Numbered from the whole stretch's first letter, positions 1-13,338 are shown. The stretch is 53,156 nucleotides of DNA, filler included, from Dirinaria sp. TL-2023a (GCA_051941275.1; 4 parts of 4 records of this genome joined end to end with filler, not necessarily neighbours in it), one strand, 5' to 3'. Numbers and translations are program-made. Notes: generated from the letters alone by a model not told the origin.

Positions 1-303
1 GGTTTGGTAAGTTTGGTTTCTGCTTTCTGGTCCTCTGGACCAAAAAGAAAGCTTGATACACCATCTGCACTACTCTGCAGACTGCACCATCCCGCCTCTA
101 CCTGCATCGAGCCGAAAGGCTCGTGGGAGAGACAGGAAGAACGTGCACAGGCGTCCGGGTCACCCTTGCTTGTCTCATCCCGCTACTGCTGCCACCACTA
201 GAATGCTGTCGGGACAAATGCGATTAGTCGCTGTAGGCGCCGAACCAGAACTCCAGAAGACCTCACTTGCGAGTCATGCGGACACAAAAAATCCGGTCAT
301 CTG

Positions 304-343
304 TCATCCGTCATCCATCATCCATCATCATCCATCATCCATT
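304..343. repeat. Imperfect (CAT/CATC)n microsatellite
   Basis: tcatccgtcatccatcatccatcatcatccatcatccatt, read directly in non-coding DNA. Confidence 0.7.
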
Positions 344-2666
344 CTTGCAGTTTCGTCCGCGACGCTTGCCACTCTGCTGGTGCTCTGCCGGCGCTCTGCC
401 GGCGTGGAGATAGATGTGGGAAGGAATGGGGAATGGGATGGAATGCAACAATGGGGCTTGAGCTGATAAGGTAAAGAGGCAAAGCTGGCGACAAATCAAC
501 AGGTAATCGTGTCATTCGTGTGAGCGGCCCCAGCGTGGATCTACGGCTCTACTGGGAACGAGGGACGGGAATGACGCGATACGAGTAGCAAACGAGCGGG
601 CACGGCCTGCATTCGCTCTTCGGCCCAGCTGAGCCAGTCATCAGTCATCTCGTGCGTCCGAGACGGCTTCGACTCGGGAGATGATTCGATCAATACGCCA
701 CACGCTAGCTGCTGTTGCTCGCTCCAAAGTCCAAAAGTCTCCACCAAAGATCTTTTTGCAGGATCGAGGTCTCCGGAAATGGGTTGGTGAGGCTGGCGAG
801 GTTTGGGATGATCGGCCAGACAAAAAAAGCGATTTGAATAAACGCGTACGCCGATCTCGCTCGCCCTCTCGCGGAAGGGAGCGAGCATTACCTTATTGTA
901 TGTAAGGTGAAAGCTCATCCGGGAAAGGATCTCCCATGTAATGTACGGACTACGGAGACGGTCCAGATGGAGTGAGTGGGAAAATAAGGAAATGGAATCT
1001 TCTCTGACTCCGGTGAAAATCATCTCTGTTCTTATATGCAGAATTAGGAATACTGTATCGTCGGGTCACAGGATCGATAGCTACATACATACCTTACCTT
1101 ACCTTGCCTGAATGATGTACTTTGCGGTTTTCCTGCATGATGATGATGATCGAGTGGGAGGGTCCGGGGAGGGCTTTTCCGGCTAATGCTGAGACGACAG
1201 TACTGTATGTAATCTGGCTGGGAGCGAAAGCACGACTAACGCAGTCTTGATTGCGCCGGTTTTCCAATCGCCGCGACACAAAATAATAATGCATAGAGCC
1301 ATAGACCCAGAGAGATGCGACCAAAGGTCGTAGCCTGCTTCGGCTCCACCCATCTCGTGCAAAGAGGTAACGCCAACCGGGACAGAATCACAATGGTTTC
1401 AGCTCCTTGTGTCCATTTTCCATTTGGAACCCAGGCTCGGTGCTCATCACGTTTGCTGTTTCCCATTTGCGACTCGTTCGAGTAATGAACGAGATTGTTG
1501 AGATGTAAGTACGTAAGATGGCCAGAAGCCGACCCAATGCGCAGCACCACCATAAGCGGCTCGACATACCACAATCCTGGCCACACAGATATTCATCAAC
1601 CCTGCAAACGCTGACCACGGCATATACCAGAATGGTCCGTCCGGTGTTCACCATCCATCTGAAAAGATCAGTGTCGGAGAAGCCAAGCACGTTTGTTGGG
1701 GATGTGAGAGATGATATTCACGCTTGAGGAAAGGTTGGAAGGCCACTGTTCCTAAAACAGAGCCAACATATGCAGACGGCGACGCAGGGTGTGTGGAGTC
1801 GAGGTCCGAAGATTCAGGCAAGCTTGTGCGGTGCGACAACGTTTCAGAACCTGCGATCCAAGCCTTGTACATACGTGGGTTTCACCTCTGTGACCGTAGC
1901 ACCAAAACTCATTCATTATTATCTGGTGTCACGGGGGCGTCCGGTCACGCGTAGGAGAAGCACTCGCGTCAAGGGATGAGGGATGCACCACATTGTCCTG
2001 TCAGACGCGGGAAAGCGATGGAATGCGGCCAGTCAAAGAGGACGAGGCTTACGAACATGAAGAATGGCAGATGACTGCAAAACACGCACTCGGTCCCGGT
2101 TCAGTGCCCTCCATCACTGCCAGTCTTCCCTCCACTACCACCGCTAGTGGCGGCCAGTGCGAAGGCTCGTCCCGTCGTGCACGCAGGTGTTTCCTGGTGG
2201 TGTGGCCCACCGATGCTCCGCTTGGCTGTCGTAGAACTGCCCATCGCTTTCTAGCCAGTGCAAGGCGAGGATGGCTGCATTGACTTTACTACTTGGCATA
2301 TGCCACTGTCAAATCATCTTCGCGCATGGAGATGGCTGGGAGAAGATCATCTGATGCGAGCAGATGCCTCAATGCCATTATTCACGGTGCTTAGACTTGC
2401 AAAGGAGCGTTTGGACCTGTTGCAAAGCCTAGAGCACGAAGATGCCTATCTGCAAAGTACCTCTGAAGCAAGCATATACATCTTCGAAATTACCAAACGC
2501 CAACATCTGAGGTTGCCGTAGCCCTCCCTGATCTATGGATCTATGTTGAAGTCTATGTTGAATTCCGAGAACTTTTGACCGCCCACCCCGATGCGCCTTG
2601 CATTGTTGAAAACAGTGCGCTAACATAGTACATGTCGTAACGGTCATAGTGCTCATGTGATGTCGT

Positions 2667-4057
2667 CTATATTTTCAATGTCTTCGGCTTCTCCCATGTG
2701 AAGCTCTGATCACTGAAATGGCCATTCTTGGCTGTTTGGCAGTACAAGGGCCTCGTTAGTTCGAGCTCCTTGACAATGACACCCGGCCTCATGTCAAAAT
2801 TACTCTTAATGATCTCCACAAGCTCTTCGGAGCTATGATCGGATGTCCCATAAGTCTCGACAAATAGTGAGAGCGGCTCTGCGACTCCGATAGCGTATGA
2901 GAGCTGGACGAGCGCTCGGCGAGCCAGTTTTGCGTGCACAAGTGACTTGGCGATCCAGCGTGCGAGATACGCAGCCGATCGGTCGACCTTCGAATAGTCC
3001 TTGCCAGAAAAGGCTCCGCCACCGTGCGCACCCCAGCCTCCGTATGTATCCACTATTATCTTTCGTCCTGTCAAGCCAGCGTCACCTTGAGGGCCACCGA
3101 TAATAAAAAGACCAGATGGTTGAATCTATCACACTTCAGCTCATGCATAGTGTTACTCACACGGGGTTGAAGTACATGGTAAACTGTCCGGTCATCCAGC
3201 AAACGCTCCGGAATCACTTTTTTGACAATCTTCTCTAGAATCTCACTCCTAAGTTCCTTGGTGGTGATCTCTTCACTGTGCTGAGCGCTAACAACTACTG
3301 TGTCCACGCGTCGTGGAATGACAGCACCGCCATCGTGCTCATATTCTATTGTTACCTGGGTCTTGGTATCTGGTCTCAGCCATGGCAGGGTCCCATCATT
3401 CCTTGCATCTTTCATCGCCTTGTTCAGCCTATGAGCCAACTGTATGGTCAATGGAAGGTATTCGGGCGTTTCGTCGGTGGCGTAGCCGAACATTATTCCC
3501 TGGTCACCAGCGCCGAGCTTTTCCAGAGCGTCATCGAGGTGCAACCCCTGTGAGATATCTGGCGATTGCTGTTCAATGGCCACCAAGACGTTGCAAGTCT
3601 TATAGTCGAAGCCTTTGGCTGAGTCGTCATATCCAATGTCCTTGATAGCGTTGCGAATGACTTTCTGGTAGTCCAAACGTGCCTTCGTCGTGATCTCGCC
3701 GAATACCATGATCATGCCTGAAAGACCAATTAGCAGTGCCTTTGATTGGAAGATAATGCCACCTGCCTGTTTTTGTAGCTGTCTCGCAAGCAACCTTCAC
3801 CAAGCGGTCAGTCTTCACTATTAAACAGTGCAGAAATTAGCAAGTTCTCATGCCTTCGATAAGGGATCTTCAGCGAGGCAGGCATCGAGGACGGCGTCCG
3901 ATACTTGGTCACTGGATATCATCAGTTTGATTCCGCTTGGTGAAGCTACTGGTATCTCATACGCAATCTTATCGGGGTGTCCCTCGCCCACAGACTCCGA
4001 AGTGAAAAGGAAAGTTTTATCTTTGACACCATTGGTGCCATTGACTTGTGAGACCAT
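2667..4057 (-). CDS. SAM2: S-adenosylmethionine synthetase (MAT), 5 exons
   Basis: Motifs [28 protein letters not shown]. Exons 4057-3963, 3911-3854, 3794-3767, 3717-3176, 3125-2667. Introns 3962-3912 (GT-AG), 3853-3795 (GC-AG), 3766-3718 (GC-AG) and 3175-3126 (GT-AG) restore the conserved [20 protein letters not shown] and YHIQPSG. Confidence 0.97.
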
Positions 4058-4203
4058 TTTTGGGTATGAAGATATAATTGAAAACACTGTACAAGAGCTG
4101 GCAATTGGGTATAGAGGTATGGAACTGGGAGATGGGGGATAGGTAAGATGACTGCCAATTGATTTAGAAGATCGAAGAACTCTTCAGCTTTTCCAGGGCG
4201 TTT

Positions 4204-4213
4204 ATGGCGCCAT
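4204..4213. promoter_or_regulatory. CYS3/MetR (sulfur bZIP regulator) palindromic site ATGGCGCCAT
   Basis: Perfect match to the ATGRYRYCAT consensus, about 150 nt upstream of the SAM synthetase ATG. Confidence 0.7.
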
Positions 4214-4717
4214 TCTTACTACTCGGGTTCCGTACAAGTATCACCGCCTGATTGTAACGTACGGACAACTCGGTTTGTAATATACTATGTCGCGCAAAAC
4301 GCAGTTTTCAAAGTCGATTCGGCCAGCCCGGCTAGAGGAGACGATCGCTGGAGAACGCTTATTGCAAACAGTAAATGTTCCCTACGAGAACCTGCGAGTA
4401 CCGGTCTTTTGTCGCTCACGGCGGACAATTTTGGACGCTTTTGTTTTTGACAAGAGTATGAATACTGGTATCGATACGGCGTTACAATGTCTGGCCAAGG
4501 CCGCCTAAGGTAATGTAGATGTCATGGATCCGCCGGGCTTCGGTGTTCCTCGTAACCCGACTTGCCCGAGTCGACTCTCACATCCTTGTCGCATAATCGT
4601 TCAGGCAGAATTATGCACGTCGAATAAACCGATAGAGGATAATTATCGTGCAGCTTCCTCCCTACATCACTAATGGCACAACAACATTAGGACTCTCCGC
4701 AAAGACGTCGCCTGACC

Positions 4718-5719
4718 ATGAGCAAATTTGGCACCCTCGTCATGGGTCCGGCGGGCGCCGGCAAGGTGTGAGAAATACCTCTTTTGTCATAAGAAACTCC
4801 CTGATGGACTGTATTAGACAACCTTCTGCTCCGCCTTGATACAGCACCTGCGGCTCGTCAAACGATCATGCTTCTATGTGAATCTCGATCCTGCAGCTAA
4901 AGATTTCGCGTACGAGCCCGATTTGGATATCAAAGACCTAATATCCTTGGAGGATGTAATGGAAGAAATTGGGCTAGGCCCTAATGGGGGATTGATTTAC
5001 TGCTTCGAGTATGTGAGGGGTTGTCCATTCATTCAGCATAATTTTTTTTTCCTAATCGGCATACGTCTAGGTTCCTACTTGAGAATCTCGATTTCATCAG
5101 TGAAGCCATCGAACCTTTAAGCGAGGAGTATCTGATCATCATCGACATGCCTGGCCAAATTGAGCTTTACACTCACATACCAGTTGTGCCTACGTTGGTG
5201 CAACACCTCACTCGTAGCGGAGCTCTGGATGTCAAGCTGTGCGCGGCTTATCTAGTCGAATCTACGTTCGTAATGGATAGGGCCAAGTTTTTTGCGGGTA
5301 CACTTTCCGCAATGAGCGCGATGTTAATGATGGAACTACCTCATGTGAACATCCTCAGCAAGATGGACCTCGTCAAGGGCACTGTACCAAGGAAAGATCT
5401 TAAACGATTCATCGATGCAGACGTATCCTTATTAGAAGACGAGGGTTCTGGCGCCAATGGTGAAATTCGAGGGGCTGGAGATCCTGCTTCTAGAGACTCG
5501 GTTATGGCTGGTGACAGTTTTAAGAAATTGAACAAAGCGGTTGCTCGGCTGATAGATGATTTCAGCATGGTCAAATTCTTGCGGCTCAATGTACAAGACG
5601 AAGATAGCGTTGGCGCCATACTTAGTTACATCGATGATGCTATTCAGTTCCACGAAGCTCAAGAACCACGAGAGCCCAACGACGAGGTCCAAGACTGGGA
5701 AGATACTGCGATGACATGA
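4718..5719 (+). CDS. GPN3: GPN-loop GTPase 3, 3 exons
   Basis: MSKFGTLVMGPAGAGKTT P-loop, VNLDPAA, GLGPNGG (GPN loop), DMPGQIELYTH. Introns 4766-4817 and 5009-5070, both GT-AG. Confidence 0.93.
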
Positions 5720-6275
5720 GAGACCATTCAGACCAGCGAGCATAGCGTTGGCGTGTGTGGTATGCATAGAAGCGTGCATTTGGATGAATGTTTTCGGAAT
5801 GAGATACCCTTTATGCGATTGTCCATGCTATAAGAGCCAGATTATATGTATTCTGATAACCCTTAGGTATAGTACATGTAGGTAACATGCGTGAAAATCA
5901 GTGCCAGTGTTAGATACTCGAATTCGATAGAGTAGATACTACTTCATTTCATACATTAGAATAGATGGTGCCCAACCTTAAGGAAACTGACCCGACAAGG
6001 AGACCTTATCTAATTAATCGAGTGCGGGGCTTCTTCGGTCCGACCGAAGGACTGAGAGACCCTGGCCCAAGGCCTCACTTGGCACGATGAGCTTGCCTTG
6101 ACAAACAAGCGAAGCTGTATTTATCGCCAGAGCACGCCGACCATTCAGGGCCATGCGAATACTCTGAGACATCTAGGAAAGAAGCAGCAATTTTTAAGAA
6201 CCTCTTCGATCCATTCACTGTACACAGACGGTATCCCCACAAACTCCGCTCGAAGCACCCAAAGCCGCCGCAAAC

Positions 6276-6859
6276 ATGGACTTCCTAGAAGGTATGCATA
6301 ACTCTCGTGGTGCTCCAAACAATGGACATGCTTGAATGACAGAAACATAGACTACGCGCCCCAGGCCTTCAACTTCTACCACAACTACTACAAGCCATAC
6401 TCGACCTACGTCCGGCCTCTGCAGCGCTACATCCTGCTGGCCCAGTCCTACTTCTACTCCCACTTCTTCCCCTACCTGTACCCGATCGTTCGCCTGACCT
6501 CGAGCGCGCTTCAATCGCTCCTCACAGACACACCATCCATCTTCACGCTCGCTGTTCTCGCCATGGTGCTCATCGTATCGTTGAAGCTCCTGGACATGTT
6601 GCGTCGAACCATCATCTACTGGATATCGGTCGCGATCCGCTTAGCGCTGTGGGCGTCCATCGCCGGACTCGGGATCTACATGTACAATCGCGGGGTGGAG
6701 CAGACGGTTGAAGATATAGGCTGGGTTATGGGGATGTTCGAAGGGCTGGGCAATGAAGGTCAGAGGGTAGGGCAGAGGAGAGCGGCCGCGAGAGATGGGA
6801 AAGCGCAGAATCTGGGCAAACGGACTGCGAGAGGGAGAACGAGAGGGGCTGGGTGGTAA
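6276..6859 (+). CDS. Apq12-like nuclear envelope/ER membrane protein, 2 exons
   Basis: Exon 1 MDFLE(D) 6276-6291, intron 6292-6350 (GTATGC..CATAG). Two hydrophobic helices and a basic C-terminus. Family assignment is from recall. Confidence 0.65.
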
Positions 6860-7785
6860 TGTATAGCATAAAATTCACCTCACCATGGGGATCAGCAGTG
6901 CCTTTCTTTTGCGAAAGTTCCTCGCGAGAACAAAATGTGAAACTCAGCTTGCGATCTCCTCACAATCGTGCCGCAACTACGAATGGATTTTTTCTGACTT
7001 CAGCATCTTATTCTCCGAACGCAGAAGACCCAAAGGCTTTACATTCCATGCAGGATGGATTACCACAACACAAGGCACAAAAAGCCACCATTCCGCTAAA
7101 ATGCCCCAAGACTTTGATGCCACTGGAAACAAAAAAAAATCAAAGAATTATCCAGCCCGATTGGTGCTTTAGAACAAGAAAAAACCCGGAATGCAGTCCC
7201 CCAAGGTACTTCATATTGCGTGCTCCGGAATCAAAGCATCACGGCACACACAGAAGGAATCCATTCCATCCAACGAAAGCACAACCCCATCAAAACAGCA
7301 AAAAGGGGGGGGTGGGAAGTAACACAAAGCCACATTGAAAACCCATCGACAGCGTGCTAAACGAAGTCCTGGCCCAGAGCAAAAAAGTGCGCGTTTGCTC
7401 GAAATTTCACCTCGTTTAATAAAGACATTTTGAATAGATCCAAGGTATCGGCTCACTCGATGGAAAAGGATGTTTAGTTAAAAAAATTTTTTTGATCTGG
7501 ATTTTAACCTACCTTACCTTACCTACCTACTTAAATCTGGGTTCATGAGAATACTTAAATAAGGTACACACATACATACAGCAATGCTACGACCAACGAA
7601 AACTATCCGGGAAAAAATCCTTTGCCATGCATGCATGCATGCATCCAATCAATCTAAGCCCACATTACCTTCCTTTAAGATTTCAACGTCAAATAAGAAG
7701 AGGATGACGGCTGAAAACCCGTTTGAGCTACAGTATTGAGCTGTCCACCTGCGGTCCATCATGGTCTGCAAATCTAAGTGGGCGA

Positions 7786-10473
7786 CTAAGATTTCAGTCT
7801 CCTCTCCTCACACCGCACGCAAACGGGTTTCTCCTCATTGCCCCTGGTGAAAAACCGTCCGTCCTGGAACGGACCACCGCACTCCTACCAAAAAATGTCT
7901 CATCAGCAAACGTCCTTTTTTTTTTCCATTCAGGAAAAATCAGGACGCAAACTCACCACGCAGCAGAAACAGCCTTCATGCCACTCTCCGCCCAGCGCCT
8001 GGATGCCTTGCTCCAGAATGACTTTCCGGCACCCCTTGCACTTCCCACTGAACCTGCCCGCGTGGCATCCCACACACCAGGCATAGCCGTTGCGCTCGAC
8101 AAAGGGCGTCTTCTCATCGAACGGATCGCCGCACTCGGCGCAGAAGAAGTGTCCCTTGTGCCACTCGCCACCGCAAGCGACGACGACTTCGCCTTCGATG
8201 GGAGTTTTGCAGTTCCGGCAGCGGGGCGAGAACATCTCGTGGAAGTCGAGGTGGCAGTAGAATCGCAGGCTGTTGTCGCCGTCATCGAGTGCTGTGTGGC
8301 CATCGATGAGATCCGAGGTGTTCGGGTCTGAAGCGCGGGCTTCAATGCGTGCGAGACGCGCGTCGCGGGAGGTCGACGGTTCCGGGTAGAAGGCGACGCA
8401 CTCGAGGAGCTCGGCGCAGTGGAAGCACGTGAAGCATTGAGGATGGAACCGCTGAGAGAGGGCTGAGACGATGCGGCCAGCGATCGGGAGGGCACAGGCA
8501 GCGCATTGAGCTGTGGGCCGGCTGTGAGTGAATGGAGACCAGTGGGATGTCGAGCTGGACACGGGCGCTGTGGAGGAGTGTTGAGGGAGGGGACGTCTGA
8601 AAGGACTGGGGCGACTGTTCGATTGCGTAGGAGGAAGAGGACGAGAGTCAGTTGGGTCGTCCGAAATTGAAATGGTTGGAACGTTAGGAGGTGGAACGGA
8701 GTTCGGAGTCTTAGACGGTTCAGTGATGATAGGAACTGCGGGGGGGTCATCAACTTCTGGGTCTGGCAGATTGATTGTCGGGACAACAGGTGCCGAAGTG
8801 GTAGACTCAACAAGCAGAGATTTTGACTGAAGAACAGATGGCAAAGGTCTCGATCCATCATGTGTGAAGGGCGATGTTGACGCTAATTCAGTCTCCTTCG
8901 CTTCAGAATGTCTAGGTTTCCAGTGCCTATCGAAGCTGACAATCGGCCTCTCTGGCTTGTCACTGACGACAGTTGGTGAAGGTAATTTGGGACTCCGGTC
9001 CTTCATTCGCATGCTTGTCGCAGATCGGATATCGTCGCCACGAATCTCAATTCCATTCTGCGACCTCGGACTATCTGCACTTGTACCGGGTGAGGCTACA
9101 GATTCTGATTGAAGCGAAGGAGCAGTTGACTTATTTTGCAAGTAAGACGGATTGCGCGATTGAGAAGGCGGATTTCGGTGAATTTCAGTCCTTGAGAGGA
9201 CACGATGACTATCCTCCAGGGCTCGTTTCGGATACGAGAAACCATAGGTTCCACTTTGCATTTTTGCGATGGAGTTCCGAGTCTTCAGTTTGAGCGGCAT
9301 GGATTCTTCCTTACTTACGGCTACTCGTGACACGTTCCTGGCTGTCTGTTCGACGTCGTCTGGCTCTTCGTAGATCTTGTCATCAGGATTGCTGAAAAGG
9401 CCTCCGCTGGGTTTCCTTGACTTCGGTCCACTTATTCTACGACGGCCAACCGATGTGTTTGAAGGTAAAGCGAATGTCAAATTGATATAAGCTTTCTTTT
9501 GAGGCGAATCCCAGGAAGCGTGACCCCCGCTAGCACCTCGTTCAACGTCCATTTGAGAGCCAAGGCTTTCGACCTTCGAAGCACCGCTTGATGTACGACT
9601 ACTTTGTGCTTTCGTGCTTTGGCTTTTGTCTGATGATGACCCGTCCGATGCTGACCGCTGACTCAATGCCCGAGGTCCGTTCAACATCTCCAATTGTGCA
9701 TACTCAAGACTTTGACTTCTAGTATGGCTCCCCTTCTCGAGATGTTTCTTGTAGTTGTAAGATTTATCGCGCACCCTGTATGGGGCTTCCAGATTCCTAT
9801 GCTTCCAAACCAGCTCCGATGCTTCCTTCTGCGCCGCGGCGTGCAGACGTGCTTCATCACGCAGATCCATGTCTTCAAGTGCTTCCCTCAACGATCGAGC
9901 TTCCTGCTTTTCCATCCATCGTTGACCTCTTTCCATATAGAGTCCTTTGGATGCAATGTTTGACGAGGTCTTCACCGTATTCGAGTTGGAGAAATCCCTG
10001 GACTCGACCTTTGGATAGGGCTCCCGAACAACCAGTCGGCCCGCATCTTCAATATTTTCGCCATTCTGCGATAGAGACTGCGCTCGGTGATGTGACATGA
10101 TGCTTGAATGTCGAGCTGACTCCTCCGATATTGTGAGGTCTGGCTGCTGTACTGAGCACGACGGCCGTGAGAGCGACAATGCCGAGGATGGTCTCAACGT
10201 AGGCTCCAGCACTGGAACATTGGTGAGCGTCGAATCTCTATTAGGTATAGGTCTTGATCCGGTTGGTCGAGCAGGTCGATTTGAACGGAGGTCTGTGAGG
10301 TAGCTGGCTGTCCAGGCTCTTTGGGAGTTTGGGGTGGTGGGCGGCTGCGGTGTTGCTGATGAGGCGAAGAACTTCAAGGGAGAAGTACTCCTAGCTCGGC
10401 TATCAGTACGTAGCGGGCGCTCGCCGGATAGAGAGAGTAATGAAGGGCCATGTTCCTTTGCGCCGTGAAACAT
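7786..10473 (-). CDS. Paxillin-like protein with three C-terminal LIM domains
   Basis: Long S/P-rich N-terminus followed by CAAC..HPQCFTCFHC..CHLD, CRNC..HKGHFFCAEC..CVGC and CKGC..HEGCFCCVEC..CVRC. Intron 7956-7885 (GTGAGT..TAG) supplies the last exon ECGGPFQDGRFF..CVRCEERRLKS*. Confidence 0.88.
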
Positions 10474-11195
10474 CGCAAGGGGCGAATGTAAGGTAACGAG
10501 AGAACAAAAGAGCGTGAACGGAATTCAATTGGCAACTGATATGCCCGTGTCTAAAAGCACCGTAAATGCACGCGGCTAAAACGAAGGAGATACTGAATGG
10601 TAACGCAATAAGAAAAAGGTGTTCGGGTGTTCCAAGAACTGTGAATCGAGCGTCAACATCCAATGGGTTCCCCGGCAACCGTTAGTTTAGAAACGCCAAG
10701 CCCACGCGTTGGTTTGCATAAGTTTCTTTTTATGCAGGCTGCCTCGCTCCCTACCGCTGTCTTATGCATCATGCACCGCTGTCATGCGGGCTGTACAAGG
10801 ACACGTGCGGTATCGGCGAATTAAAGTGGCCTTGGTACGGCGCTCCGGAGGTATCGCAGGTATATCGTGCATCGTCCAGAGTAGAGGTTTTCGTCTCAAA
10901 CCTTCAATTTCAAAACCCCCGTCTGCCGGCTCTCGGCACGGACTCTAAACTGCTAAATGATCCCTCTTCCCGTCATGATGATCATCTTTTAGCTTATCCC
11001 CATCGCAGATCCCGGGTATAAGGGCCAACACTAGATATTACGTACAGAAAGATTTGACTCACGCTATGCGGAGAAACAGTACTGTAAGCATGGCAATTAT
11101 AAAGTTCGGATATATAACAGCCATGGCTGCTGCTCATTCCTCGGAATCATCCATCATATCGTTATTTTTGTCTAGCAGCCTGTGGTCCGAATATC

Positions 11196-13021
11196 ATGAC
11201 TCGAACGGCTGTGAATGAGGCCACTGCGCACATCGACCACCAACATGGCTCAGTCAGTAGCTCGGGGATAACGGCTGCAGCATCGGACGAGGAGCAGGCA
11301 GTCGTTGCCGGTGAGAGGAAGCAGAATGATCCACCGGATGGGGGTTATGGCTGGGTCTGCGTGATATGCTGTTTTCTAATCAATGTAAACATAAATTTCG
11401 CTCTTTCGTTTATCTTCTTCTTTGTCAAGTGGAAGAGCCAGGAGATCCTCGGTCTAGAGAGACTATGCTGACTTCGAACTTCTCAGGCGCACACTTGGGG
11501 AATCAATAGTTCGTACGGCGTCTTTCTCTCTTATTATCTGGCCAACAACTACTATCCCGGGGCTACGTCTTTGGAATTCGCCTTCGTCGGTGGGCTTTCC
11601 ATCTCACAAGCATTAATGGTCTCCCCCATTGCTACCTCGACGACTCGCTTGTATGGGACTAGGATCACGTTGTTGATTGGCGTAGCCTTCGAAACTCTTG
11701 CCCTCATCGGCGCCTCTTTCACACACAAGATATGGCAATTGTTCCTAAGTCAAGGAGTCTGCTTTGGATTCGGAATGGGGTTCATGTTCGTGGGTTCCGT
11801 TGGCGTGGTACCCCAGTGGTTCACCAAAAAGAGAAGCCTTGCAAATGGCGTTGCGACAGGAGGCAGCGGAATTGGCGGAATGATGTACAGTCTTGCGACC
11901 AACGCAATGATCGAGTCTCTTGGAGTAGAATGGGCTTTTAGAATACTGGGCATTTTAGCGTTTGTGGTGAATTTCGTCTGCGCAATACTCATCAAGGATC
12001 GTAACAAGGCTATCGGCACCACGCAATTGGCTTTTGACCATCGATTATTCAGGAGAGCCGAATTTTTGTTAGTTCTTGGTTGGGGAATCTTTAGCATGTT
12101 TGGCTGTGAGTAACGCCCCCCCCTGACTTCCCATCTTCCGTTTTTATAAAGGAATAATACTAAAAGATGGATGCTGATCGCGTTATCTCCAAGATGTTGT
12201 ACTCCTGTTTTCACTACCAAATTATGCTTTAACAATCGGTCTCTCTGCTTCGCAAGGATCTATCATCGGCGCGCTGCTTAATCTAGCTCAAGGAATTGGT
12301 CGTCCACTTGTAGGAGTATTCAGCGACAAGGGTATGTTTCTGTATCTCTACTTACAATGCGCCCTGTGGAAACCATCGACCCACTTCGGCCTCATGTTGA
12401 CTCGCTATGCTTTTCTTCCACGTGCTAGGACTAGCGTCGCTAATGCTTCTACCAGTCGGTCGAATCAATATTGCAGGCTTCTGTACTCTCTTGGCCGGTG
12501 TCTTCTGCTTTGCGATTTGGATTCCAGCAAAGAGTTACGGTGTACTGGTTTTCTTTTCAATCCTCGTCGGAACCTGCGCGGGCACCTTTTGGACAGCAAT
12601 TGCGCCGGTTGGTGCCGAAGTTGTAGGTTTGAGGGAATTGCCTTCAGCACTGTCTATCACTTGGCTCATACTCGTTATTCCCACGACTTGTAAGTTAAGC
12701 TGTCTTGCCCAAAAAATGTTCCTTGTCTGACAACATCAAGTCTCTGAACCTATAGCGCTGGAGCTACGACAGAATGGGGGAGACGTCTACCTGCACGCGC
12801 AAATATTTGCAGGTTTCATGTATGTTGGGGCAGCAAGCTGTATGTGGTTCTTGCGGGCATGGAAGATTGGAGAGATTCGGCAGTCCGCACCCGAGCAAGA
12901 AAAGCCAGCCATCGAGGTTGGCACAATGCCGGCTCAAACGGAGATGGATTTATCACGAGTAAGGCATACCAAAGCGATGTCCAGCATCTTCAAGCGTCTC
13001 TTTGGATGGAAACGGGTTTGA
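11196..13021 (+). CDS. MFS monocarboxylate transporter (MCH-like), 5 exons
   Basis: PPDGGYGWV motif, HTWGINSSYGVF, QWFTKKRSLANG. Introns 11385-11486, 12106-12193, 12332-12455 and 12690-12740 keep the frame. TATATAA at 11111-11117. Confidence 0.9.
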
Positions 13022-13238
13022 GGAGTGCATAGTCAAATACCAAGGCAATAATATTCACGATACAACATGAACCTGAGACGAAAGTATAGAAGCGTTATGA
13101 GACAGTGTAGAGACCTTGAGCAACAGCGCTATCTTGATACCGAAAAGAGTTGGCCAATGATCCAGGTGTTTGATGCTGGTGAGCTGGTTCAACACAAGAA
13201 TAATGATGTGGATAAGCACCTTAATAACCCCCCCCAAG

Positions 13239-13338
13239 NNNNNNNNNNNNNNNNNNNNNNNNNNNNNNNNNNNNNNNNNNNNTTAATTAATTAANNNNNN
13301 NNNNNNNNNNNNNNNNNNNNNNNNNNNNNNNNNNNNNN
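13239..13338. other. Artificial contig-join linker N44-TTAATTAATTAA-N44
   Basis: Identical 100-nt spacer occurs three times; the 12-mer has stops in all six frames. Confidence 0.97.

Noticed and set aside
1..2660. Many short ORFs (65-160 aa) on both strands
   Set aside because: No recognisable domains or consistent exon chain; probably a long regulatory or UTR region
2300..4200. METTL16-type UACAGARAA hairpin or SAM riboswitch in the SAM synthetase transcript
   Set aside because: No such motif or convincing stem found by eye; a covariance or folding analysis would be needed
13283..13294. TTAATTAATTAA as a biological repeat or piggyBac TTAA target
   Set aside because: Identical 12-mer centred in each N run; it is an assembly linker
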